From: a virus
Reading direction: 5' to 3' (one strand)
DNA: 64,000 nucleotides
IMG/VR virus record: IMGVR_UViG_3300030329_003387
The notes under the pieces are model-generated. The model did no database searches. It was not told the origin of the DNA and saw nothing but the letters and a program-made list of their open reading frames with translations. Of the stretch, positions 37,327 to 46,937 are shown in pieces. The position numbers and the translations under genes were made by a program. Every line of letters starts with the position of its first letter. Within the stretch, counting starts at the first letter, position 1.

Positions 37327-40300
37327 TCATTCTGGGTATTTTGTTCCAAGTTTAGGATCTGCCGCATTACTAGCACTACCTTCATGCACGTCTACCCTTA
37401 ACAAAGCTTGTGCTGGGAAACCGAACGGTCTATTAACATCCATTATGGCCTCTGTGTAAGGTCCATAACCCCTGTTACACGTTTCTTGATTTATATTTCC
37501 ACAGTCTTCGTCAATAATAGGTAAGTAATGATTACAAACCTCATCATTAAAAGTAAATAACCAATGAAGCATTGTAGGCGTGCTAGATTCACCCTGTTTG
37601 CAATCGTCAAGCGGAACTTCTTGTCCTACCTTTATTCTAAACGAACCACCACTTCTACTCCACTGACATCCAAAATATGGGCCAAAGTTACCATCAGAGT
37701 CTGGCGTTGGAGCTATGTATTGCATTCCTCTGTATAAGTCTTTTGGCGACCCTAAAGTGACGTGATGTCCAAGATATGTTAGTGGAACAGGTTCGTTGGT
37801 TGCAACTAATGATTGATTAACTAAATCTTCTGTTGTTAATATTTCATCTGGCATCACAACCACAAGATCTCTATCAAAATCTTTATCTGATGAACATGTT
37901 GTTACCGCATTACCGTTAGCACCAAAAATTCTTATTTGCTCTTCGCGCACTGACGTTGGTATAGGTCTCCAAGGATTATTTGGGTAGTCAGGATGGCTCT
38001 TACTTTTCTCATTACAAACTTGATATTTTAATGTTTCGTCCCATTCTCTTTCATTGACAGCTGGAGACTTGTGTATTGGAGTTGCTTCGTAATGAATCTT
38101 AATCTCTGTTGGGCTAATAACGCTCACTACATGACCACCCTCGTAAGATGCTTGTGGGCATACACATTGTTCCTCTACAAACTTTCTTTCTTTGGGTGAA
38201 CGGCCGAACGGTGAACTCCCAGCCTTATCACTAACACATAAGTCCTTTCCAAGATTCACTCTAACCCAATCATTTTTTGGATAATCAGCATGGCCTTTGT
38301 CTTTCTCGTAACATGTTTCTGGCTCATCAATACAGTGTACGCAATTTTGACAATCGCAAGTTTCCATAGTGCTTATGAGTTCATCTAACTTACACAAAGG
38401 AGGACAACCCATTTTTAGTCTTTCTGGATCTACAGCGTCAAAGTACCATTCACCACCAAGAACGTCCTCACACATAACTTGATCAACCATTTCCATATCC
38501 ATTCCAGTAGGAAGTGGAGATTCAAACATGCCCAGAGTTGAAGATCCCGGCATTCCTGACGAAGGGTGAAGATAAGGAACGTTTAAACAAGTAGCCTCTG
38601 TATTTTTACCGCCGCTTATTATTATTCTTTCTCCGTCTCGTAAATCATGCTCGGAGTATGTAGTCAGCTTAGTATATAAAAACTTAGGATACCACCAAGC
38701 AGTTTTAACCCAATAATGATCTTTGTCTCCTTCGCAACTGCTAAGGTCGTTGAGAGGACTAGATGCGTCTACTTTTACGTCTGGATCGGTTGGATCTTTC
38801 TTGTTCTTATAACACTGCCCTTGCTCTTCGCAATCTGCTTTATTGTTAAATTCTGGATTAGTGCAAAAAGACTTATTGTAGTCATATACGTTTTCTACAC
38901 TTTTAAAGCTAAGCGACAAGTTCAAGTCATTATGATATATAGGCTTAGGCTTAGTTGTGTCGGGATTACCATCGGCATCTAGTTCGTAATTTGTTTCTAT
39001 CAACGGAATGTCACTAAGGAATACGGCCCTTTTAGGATCTAGTATGTTAGAAAGGGTTGGTGTAAAACCTCTTCGACTTTCCCTAACAAAATTCGGTCCA
39101 AGATGCTCTAAGTGAAGATCGTTAGCTGGACCTCCTTTAGGAATTCTTTGATCGCTTTGTACTCCGACCGGCCACAGTTTATCGCCATAAGGCCACGGAT
39201 CGCTATTTGCAGTGCCATCTGAGTTTATTGGTTGTTCATAACCACCTGCCATTCTGTACAAGTGATCGTTAAGTACATGCGCTCTGCTTTTTAGAACATG
39301 AGGATCTCTGACAAATATTTCCATATAATCTGATTGATCTTCAGGAGATGTTCCATTTTGTAGGTATGTATCACTAAACTTATCTGTATCAACGCCCCAT
39401 CTACCAAAACCATTCGGGATTGATTTTGCTAATTTTGAACTACCCCTTCTAAACATTTGGTAGTCCATTGCAGGATTTTTACTAAGCTTGTCTCTAGTAG
39501 ATCCACCGTAAGTTCCTGTTTCTGCTTCATTTCTATCAGCCATTCCTGTATTTACTACAGTACCTTCTGTCCATCCACAATTATATCTGCTATTTTTTCT
39601 AACTACTAATCTTGCTATATTTCCTTTACCAGTACCTATAGTATTATAGGAATCCACCCAATCCATATGGAAAACTTCAAAGTTTTCAGGCTGTTTTCCT
39701 CCATGATAATTTATCCACTTTCCTTCTGGTATTTGAGAGCCTTGAATTCCATAAGGTCCTCCATGAAGAGTTGAAATATCACTAGCTGTAGCGCATGTTA
39801 CATAGTTGGCTGGATCTTCATAGTGAGACGCGTCAGCAATATTTTTATTAAACTCACAACATTCTGTACATGGTAGTTGTGCATCACAATGCATTGGAGA
39901 ACCAACAACAAAAGGAGTACTCATACAGTCATGAAAATAAGGCACAGGATTCACAGGTTCGTACCAAGTCCTACCTGTTGGCCCTTTAAAGAATGTACCT
40001 AGATTACCCGTTTCACCCTTGAAACTACTTCCAACCCACTCTTGATTGTTTATGTCTGCCTTCTCCGGATTAACACCCGCAGATCCACGTCCACTAAACA
40101 CACCACATTCACTCGCCTCATCAGCTACGACCCATAGGCCAGTACAATCAGGCGTTGCTCCTCCAACAGATGGTTCAGCACACAGCGGATCTAAAATTGC
40201 TGCCTGACATGAATCGAAGGTGTGACCCAACTCGTAACAATATTCAACATGTGTTGACTGAGGATGTTCTATTAAGGTCGGAACTTCTTCACATACGCCA

Positions 40301-43300
40301 TTAGCCTTGTGAGTTTTCGCGTTTGCTCGTTCTCCAGAATGGCACACTTCGCCGCATGGAAAGCTCGCAATGTTTCCGGGATCATTTTCAGGGTCTACCT
40401 CTGCGGGAGGACGAACTGGAAGTTTACAGTAACCATTTACTATCTCTTTACTTCCTTTGTTTGCAGGACCACCCGGCATCCATTCAATATCACATCTTCC
40501 TTTCCAGAAAAATGGATCATACCCATTGACTCCAAGTTTGAATCCTCCTTGACCCCCTTCAGATATTACCCCAGCTCTATCAACTTCCAGAATGCCATCT
40601 CCAATTATAAAACTGTTTGGGCATGGAGGGTTAAAGCTATCCATTGCACTTAATTTATTGCAATCTGGATAATGACAATGAGTGACTTCTAAAAACATTG
40701 CGAGCTGATTGTTTCTATAATTGTCTCCGCCTTTTAGGGTGTCTCTACCAGTGTATTGTTGGAATGCTCCTCCACAACCCATTCTAAGTCTCATTAAATG
40801 AGCGTCTTTAACAGGTGTTGGCACTGGAGGCTCTTTGTATTGTGTCCAACCAAGAGTAGCGCAACCTCCACAATTCATATCCATCGTAAAGCCAGTGCTT
40901 GCCCATCCGGGTTTGTAATTTTTGGCTTTAACCCAAGTTCCTCCGCACTGTTGACAAGATCCGGCATCACCTGACTCACAACCCCATCTCGCATCAGCAC
41001 AATGATGAGTTAAGCATTTGTCTGGTTGAAAATAATGCTCGCACGACATACCACCAACAAAATGATTATAAGAAGGGCCTGAGTTTAACGTCTTTGTTTT
41101 TGGACTATCCCCCATCATGACTTCCCAGTCAGAAATCCAATGAGATCCATTGTATTCCATTTTTACTGTTTTTGTCCCCATTCCATGACAGCCATCTTTG
41201 TAGTCTTTTTTACCACCAACGTTTTTTGGGCCATCTAGAGGAACAAAATCATAACAGTGACTTGTTGGCATAGCATAAGTGTTTCTTTCTCCACAACCTT
41301 TATTGCCAGTTCTTGGGTTTACTACTGCTGCATTATTAGTCCATGTTTCGTTTTGTGCATCCCAGTTTCCTTTAGACTCTATCGGGCATCCTACTGGAAT
41401 CGAGGGCTTTATAGTTTCGCTTTCGCATTTCATCGGTCTTCCGTTTGGAAAACCAAAGCAAGGAATGTCTCCGTTTACATCTCCACATTCACAGCTAGCA
41501 AGGTCTAAATTAAACTGACAAGGAGAAAGATCGCCGGATATACAGTCTTGCTCATCTTTTGATCCACCATTTCCATTGGCGTCTTTTGACGCTTCAAAGC
41601 AGTACTTACCGGAATTATTAAAAGTACCTGTACAAGTTCCGGGAATGGTTGTGTCCGGTATTGGGTCTGTCCAAGTGCAACCAGTCGCAATATTAGTACC
41701 CGTAGCACCACCCTCACACAGAACTTTCATTTGCGCGTCAGTAAGCGCTCTTGATGAACCAAGAGAATTTAACCCTTCACAAGTACTCGCTCCGGGAACT
41801 AATTCACATTTACCAGAAGTGACAGTCTTGCAACTTAAATTACCTATAGTGTTATCACAGCCATTTGGAGCATTGTCCATAACTTGTTTAGATGTGGGAT
41901 ACTGCAAAGCGTTCACATCTTGAACACCGGAGTCAGGTCCCGGATCACAATCACAATCACAGCAAAAATCACCACTTTTATCTGCGTGTTTATATACTTG
42001 GTCTGGCCATCTAGGGTCATCAAACCTAATAGCATTTCCACAATCAAAACATTTCTGATGCCAAGAACCATGACCGCCTAACGGTGCTATATAAGTACCA
42101 CAGTCACAACAATACCTACCGCCTACAGGCAATCCCCAATAGTTTAGAACCGAGTCGTGCATCTTACCCGTACACTTATTTATGCCGCAAGGTACTGTAG
42201 TTTCTAATTTTCCCTTTTGAAGCTCTCTTTCTAATAGGCCATCATCTACACATCTATCTCTCCAGTCCTCACCCGGTTCTAAACCTTGCATACCTTCTTT
42301 TACAGTGGTGCTATCTTTCCAATCACCCACCGTAGTGCCTCCAGCAGATCTTTCCTTGCAAACATCTTTAGCGGGGTTGTGTAGAGTGGTAGCTATTTCT
42401 CCACTAAGCATGTAATCTTCAATTTCTGTACTTCCACCAGCGTCTCTATCTCCAGTGATGGTAGCGAAAAGTGTGTTAGGTAGAAAATGGTCGCAGCAAA
42501 CAGGGCATGTTTCCTCTTGATCTAACCAAACATAGAAGTTTTCAGCTTTGCTTGAATCTTTCGGGAATATATCTGTCCAGCCAGTTCTATATTTTGGAGC
42601 GTTGGGATCTCCTTCAAATGTATAGGGAGTAGCTGCGGTGGCTAATCTCCACGAACCAGTAAACGGACAGGCTGTGTAAACGCTAACTCCGTCGCCAGCG
42701 CCACTTGCTCCTTGATAAGACTTGAATGACTTTACAGTTATCCACTCCAATGGTCTCCAGCAATCATCACCGCAAGGATGATTATCATTAGAGTTTTGTT
42801 TAGGTACATATACTGGATCTTTGCCTTTATCAGTAGGAGCTTCAACTCTTTTGTAATTATTCTTTAAACTATTACATTCATGCTTTGTCATGACAGACCA
42901 TACAGGATCGTATGGAGGATCTACTATTTCACAATTACCATATTCTATGCAATCGGTTTCGCCTGCTTTTTCTCTTAAAATACTGTCCGTGGTATGTAAG
43001 TCTACTGGTGGGTCTAATTTCACTAACTTTGGATTGACAAGATCCTCAGTTACTGTGACTTGCGCCGTGGGAACCTCTACAGGAGAAGCAAATACAGAAG
43101 CACACATTCTTATGCCTTCTTCCTCGCATTGCGGTTCATGCAAGTTTTCTTCTACCTGTCCATCTAATGGTTCTCCGTCACATGTATACAAAGCAAAGTT
43201 ATGTTCATCTACCTTCTTAACAACAAAGAAGTCAGCAGGAGGAGGGTCTTCACCTTTGACTATAACGCCAGAGCAGTACTCATTATTTGGTCCGTATAAA

Positions 43301-46300
43301 AAAGGTCCGTTACAAGGACAAACCACGTCTGGCCAATACGGATCTTGACAATTATCTCCCTTGCATTGTTTCGATGCTTTTTCTTCCCATTGAACCGCTT
43401 GCCATTCTTCGACAGTGAAAACATTTGCTGCAAAATTTCCTTTCACATCAAACGATTGAATCATATCGCCGTCTTCTAAACCATGACGCTTGCTCGTAAC
43501 AATCACAGGTCTAGTATTGCTAGCCATTTCAATGTCTTTAGTTCCGCCTTGACCTTTACAAGCGTCAACTACATAGCTTGACCTAGCCGCATCTGGATAT
43601 AGACCAGTTCTTCCCCAATAATCTAAATTTTCGCCAACACCCTTTTTGCTTGGCTGTACTATTCTAGGGTCAAGGATAATATCCTTAACCTCTTGTTTCA
43701 TAGGGAATACATCACCTACAGCAAAAGCCTCCGGAGTGTCCCATTTTGGACTAAAGTAGTCTCCATTTTCGTCCCATCCGTCAGTTCTCTTATTCCAATC
43801 ATCATATATGTTCCAAGTGGCAATGCCGGGAATTCCACCCATAGCACCGCAGTCAATCCTACCTAAAACATTATTTCCATGCCTTGTTCTTATTACTCCA
43901 CCACCAGTTCCTCCACCACCCCAGCTTCCACCAACTTCCATACACCATTCAAAAGAAACAACTCTGGTGTCGCTACATCCGTCAAATTGTAAAGCTGAGC
44001 ATTCTGTGTAGCACTGTTCTAGCTTAGAATCAGACTGACCCATTAAGCCTTTACAATTGCCATTATTATCTCTTTCGCAATCACAAGTTGGGCCTGAGAC
44101 CATCTCGCATTCATACTCGATAAACCTCGTGCCTGTTGTGCCGTCAGCTTTTGTAAACTGTTCTTTTGCCACTCGGTCTGTGATAGTAGATGGACAAGAT
44201 CCGGGATTGTCTGGGTCGCTATAATAAACCTGACCGTCACAGACACAGACCTCCTCTTCAAAGTCATAATGACCATAGCCTTGTGAGGCATTAGCAGAGT
44301 GCATTTGATTAAATACACATTTTCCGGGATCTTTTTTATTCTCTAGCCCTCTTGTGTACGCCTGAAGTTTTTCTCCAATTTCAGAACAAACTTTATTCTT
44401 GTCTTGAGGACCGTTAGCAAAACCAACAAAGTCATGTTCAAACCAATAAGCTAAACCAGTCCATGCACAATGACTTCCGAAGTTTTGATTTATACATCCG
44501 TTAAATAAATTACGATCAGATTTTGCTTGCGCTAAGCTCTTATAAAAGTTTTGCTTTCTTTCGGTAGCTTTAAATGGTTGGTATTGAAGATTTAACTTTC
44601 TTAGAGCAAAGTCTCCGGGAGGATGATAAGACCTTGCGTTGTGAGGTTCCATGCCTATTTGATTTTCCCAGTACAAAGCTTGTGCGCATGGACCATGATC
44701 ATAGTCTGCCCCTTTACCAGCCCAGTGTATACCCGGATTTGTATGCTTTACACTTAACTCATAAGCATCTCTTCCTCCCGTGGCCCAATCCGCTTGACCG
44801 TCATCATTAAAATCCCAACGGTAACACCAATCAAGATGTTTTCCACCAATGGAATAAGAACCATCTTCATTTTCAGTTTGAGAAGAGCCTTCTTGTGGAT
44901 CTCCGGGATAAAATCCAGCAGGATTTCCCCACCAGCCATACTGTTCTCTCCAGCCGCCACGCTGGTCATTACTACCCGGAAATGGAGATAGCTGTGTTAG
45001 CCTAAGATTGGAGCAGTTCATTATCTGATCCATCGGTATATAGAGTACCGTGACTTCTCCAGTTCCAGTTCCGGGATTTATTGTATTTCCATAAGCATCT
45101 GTTTCGGGGTCAAAACAGTTTCCATAATAGCCACATTCTTTAATAACAAGAGTAAAACCACTATTAGCTATGTCTGCATACGCAGCTTCGTCACCTCTCT
45201 GAAATGAACTGAATGATGGTCCGGCTCCCATTGTGTCACCCATATTAACAATACTACCGCTTTCTATTCCCGGTATTAGAGTGACTGTCTTTTCGCCATC
45301 TACGCATGTGTTTTGTCTAGAGCCTTTTATATCGTCGAAACCCTTAGCCATTTCTGGAATCCACGCAGGACTAGTATCACTAATACCTTCACCTGCACAT
45401 AAATGTCTTCCTTCAACTGGATGCATCAGTTGTGCATACCCATCTGTGCTTGATAGAAAAGTAAGAGCATCATATTCAGAAGTGCTTAACTCTCTCCATT
45501 CCTGACTCCAGTAATTTCTAGCTAGCTTATCTCCTCCATACTTATACTTGACATCTTTAAATGGATCAGTATCATCAGGTTCAGGCAATAGGCCAAGTTT
45601 TATGCACTCCCATTTATTTTCTACTAAATCATGCTCTCCCGGATCTTCTCCTTCACCAAGCGGAGTACCGTCCGCTTTGACAAGTAGTATAGTTCCGTCT
45701 TCAAGCTTAGTTCTACAGGTAGCTCTTTCAAAACATTCCTCCTGATCTAGAAATCTTTCAGCTCTATATAAAAGTCTTCCTGCCTGTTGACAATTGTGAG
45801 CGTGCTGCTGATCGCCTCCATAAGATTCATTATGTATTGTTATGAACTTTCTTCCTTCTCCGCCGCTCGCAGGAACATCCTGACCTTCCGAATAGCAAAC
45901 TTGCCAATCTGTTGTTGCAAACTCAATCTTAGTTTCTTCCCCAATACCAACATCCTTCACACACATTGAGGGTACAGGAAATCTCTCTCCATTCGGCAAA
46001 GGAGCTACCTCTTCATTTTTTTTCGAGAGGTCGTAAATGTAGTCTTTATAGTGTTTTATAAATGGGTTTGGCTTGTTCGTCGTGAGACCTAAATAATCTG
46101 GAAACTCACTAAAAGGATTTCTATCTGAGGACCAATTATGATCTTCTAGATTAATTATTTCTCCCATTAAGAAAATATTTTCAAGATGCTGCCTTTCTAT
46201 CGGTAGCTGTCCTTGATACGGATTGTCATTGTAGTACCAATCAACTAAGTTAGGACGAAAGGATCTCTCTCTGTCGAAGTTTGAAATTGAGCTTGTGGGC

Positions 46301-46929
46301 GGAAAGGGAACGCCGTGCTGATCGTAGAATGGTCTGCCGGTTTCGCCTACAGGACTTCGATCATGCGTAGTAAATGTATCTAAACCGATATTGCCCTCTT
46401 TACCAAAATATCTACCGGCGATTCTGTTCTGGGTTTCTAAAAAAGGATCTGGCGTACTACGGTGAGGTGGTTTTGAGCAATGAGAACGACCGCGCCAAGC
46501 ACCTTTATGATATCTAAGAACAAACTCTTCGGTTGCACCTCCAGCTCTAGCCAGTTCTCTGCTAGTTTTATTCCAAGTCGCACTAGTTTCCCATTCGCCC
46601 TCTAATGTTTCACAATCACTTTTGTTATTTGCTTCTTTACCTAAACATGTTCCATTGTTAGCTTCACAGTCTTCAGGAGTTTTGTCATTAGTTTTTCCGT
46701 TTGATGCGTCTACACAAAATGGATCTACTTTTGCAATGCCAATTTTGATTTCGTTTGGCAGCATACAGTTTCCTTCAGCGCCGTAAAAGACAGACTTACA
46801 GCCACATCCAATATTGCATGGATGTCCACCGTTATTGTCTTGTCCCGGACGGGTATGGCCGGATTTTCTACCAGTTCGGTAGTTTGTCAGCCCTTCAGCT
46901 GATGTATCAAAATTGTCCCCTAGTCCCAT
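37327..46929 (-). CDS. giant (3200 aa) cysteine-rich putative tail fibre/adhesin
   Basis: Uninterrupted 9.6 kb ORF in the tail block; many C...C..GGxW modules; two FCCH-like (H.L.DG..I) segments. Confidence 0.7.
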   Translation of the reverse strand: MGLGDNFDTSAEGLTNYRTGRKSGHTRPGQDNNGGHPCNIGCGCKSVFYGAEGNCMLPNEIKIGIAKVDPFCVDASNGKTNDKTPEDCEANNGTCLGKEANNKSDCETLEGEWETSATWNKTSRELARAGGATEEFVLRYHKGAWRGRSHCSKPPHRSTPDPFLETQNRIAGRYFGKEGNIGLDTFTTHDRSPVGETGRPFYDQHGVPFPPTSSISNFDRERSFRPNLVDWYYNDNPYQGQLPIERQHLENIFLMGEIINLEDHNWSSDRNPFSEFPDYLGLTTNKPNPFIKHYKDYIYDLSKKNEEVAPLPNGERFPVPSMCVKDVGIGEETKIEFATTDWQVCYSEGQDVPASGGEGRKFITIHNESYGGDQQHAHNCQQAGRLLYRAERFLDQEECFERATCRTKLEDGTILLVKADGTPLGEGEDPGEHDLVENKWECIKLGLLPEPDDTDPFKDVKYKYGGDKLARNYWSQEWRELSTSEYDALTFLSSTDGYAQLMHPVEGRHLCAGEGISDTSPAWIPEMAKGFDDIKGSRQNTCVDGEKTVTLIPGIESGSIVNMGDTMGAGPSFSSFQRGDEAAYADIANSGFTLVIKECGYYGNCFDPETDAYGNTINPGTGTGEVTVLYIPMDQIMNCSNLRLTQLSPFPGSNDQRGGWREQYGWWGNPAGFYPGDPQEGSSQTENEDGSYSIGGKHLDWCYRWDFNDDGQADWATGGRDAYELSVKHTNPGIHWAGKGADYDHGPCAQALYWENQIGMEPHNARSYHPPGDFALRKLNLQYQPFKATERKQNFYKSLAQAKSDRNLFNGCINQNFGSHCAWTGLAYWFEHDFVGFANGPQDKNKVCSEIGEKLQAYTRGLENKKDPGKCVFNQMHSANASQGYGHYDFEEEVCVCDGQVYYSDPDNPGSCPSTITDRVAKEQFTKADGTTGTRFIEYECEMVSGPTCDCERDNNGNCKGLMGQSDSKLEQCYTECSALQFDGCSDTRVVSFEWCMEVGGSWGGGGTGGGVIRTRHGNNVLGRIDCGAMGGIPGIATWNIYDDWNKRTDGWDENGDYFSPKWDTPEAFAVGDVFPMKQEVKDIILDPRIVQPSKKGVGENLDYWGRTGLYPDAARSSYVVDACKGQGGTKDIEMASNTRPVIVTSKRHGLEDGDMIQSFDVKGNFAANVFTVEEWQAVQWEEKASKQCKGDNCQDPYWPDVVCPCNGPFLYGPNNEYCSGVIVKGEDPPPADFFVVKKVDEHNFALYTCDGEPLDGQVEENLHEPQCEEEGIRMCASVFASPVEVPTAQVTVTEDLVNPKLVKLDPPVDLHTTDSILREKAGETDCIEYGNCEIVDPPYDPVWSVMTKHECNSLKNNYKRVEAPTDKGKDPVYVPKQNSNDNHPCGDDCWRPLEWITVKSFKSYQGASGAGDGVSVYTACPFTGSWRLATAATPYTFEGDPNAPKYRTGWTDIFPKDSSKAENFYVWLDQEETCPVCCDHFLPNTLFATITGDRDAGGSTEIEDYMLSGEIATTLHNPAKDVCKERSAGGTTVGDWKDSTTVKEGMQGLEPGEDWRDRCVDDGLLERELQKGKLETTVPCGINKCTGKMHDSVLNYWGLPVGGRYCCDCGTYIAPLGGHGSWHQKCFDCGNAIRFDDPRWPDQVYKHADKSGDFCCDCDCDPGPDSGVQDVNALQYPTSKQVMDNAPNGCDNTIGNLSCKTVTSGKCELVPGASTCEGLNSLGSSRALTDAQMKVLCEGGATGTNIATGCTWTDPIPDTTIPGTCTGTFNNSGKYCFEASKDANGNGGSKDEQDCISGDLSPCQFNLDLASCECGDVNGDIPCFGFPNGRPMKCESETIKPSIPVGCPIESKGNWDAQNETWTNNAAVVNPRTGNKGCGERNTYAMPTSHCYDFVPLDGPKNVGGKKDYKDGCHGMGTKTVKMEYNGSHWISDWEVMMGDSPKTKTLNSGPSYNHFVGGMSCEHYFQPDKCLTHHCADARWGCESGDAGSCQQCGGTWVKAKNYKPGWASTGFTMDMNCGGCATLGWTQYKEPPVPTPVKDAHLMRLRMGCGGAFQQYTGRDTLKGGDNYRNNQLAMFLEVTHCHYPDCNKLSAMDSFNPPCPNSFIIGDGILEVDRAGVISEGGQGGFKLGVNGYDPFFWKGRCDIEWMPGGPANKGSKEIVNGYCKLPVRPPAEVDPENDPGNIASFPCGEVCHSGERANAKTHKANGVCEEVPTLIEHPQSTHVEYCYELGHTFDSCQAAILDPLCAEPSVGGATPDCTGLWVVADEASECGVFSGRGSAGVNPEKADINNQEWVGSSFKGETGNLGTFFKGPTGRTWYEPVNPVPYFHDCMSTPFVVGSPMHCDAQLPCTECCEFNKNIADASHYEDPANYVTCATASDISTLHGGPYGIQGSQIPEGKWINYHGGKQPENFEVFHMDWVDSYNTIGTGKGNIARLVVRKNSRYNCGWTEGTVVNTGMADRNEAETGTYGGSTRDKLSKNPAMDYQMFRRGSSKLAKSIPNGFGRWGVDTDKFSDTYLQNGTSPEDQSDYMEIFVRDPHVLKSRAHVLNDHLYRMAGGYEQPINSDGTANSDPWPYGDKLWPVGVQSDQRIPKGGPANDLHLEHLGPNFVRESRRGFTPTLSNILDPKRAVFLSDIPLIETNYELDADGNPDTTKPKPIYHNDLNLSLSFKSVENVYDYNKSFCTNPEFNNKADCEEQGQCYKNKKDPTDPDVKVDASSPLNDLSSCEGDKDHYWVKTAWWYPKFLYTKLTTYSEHDLRDGERIIISGGKNTEATCLNVPYLHPSSGMPGSSTLGMFESPLPTGMDMEMVDQVMCEDVLGGEWYFDAVDPERLKMGCPPLCKLDELISTMETCDCQNCVHCIDEPETCYEKDKGHADYPKNDWVRVNLGKDLCVSDKAGSSPFGRSPKERKFVEEQCVCPQASYEGGHVVSVISPTEIKIHYEATPIHKSPAVNEREWDETLKYQVCNEKSKSHPDYPNNPWRPIPTSVREEQIRIFGANGNAVTTCSSDKDFDRDLVVVMPDEILTTEDLVNQSLVATNEPVPLTYLGHHVTLGSPKDLYRGMQYIAPTPDSDGNFGPYFGCQWSRSGGSFRIKVGQEVPLDDCKQGESSTPTMLHWLFTFNDEVCNHYLPIIDEDCGNINQETCNRGYGPYTEAIMDVNRPFGFPAQALLRVDVHEGSASNAADPKLGTKYPE

Positions 46930-46937
46930 CTTTTATC

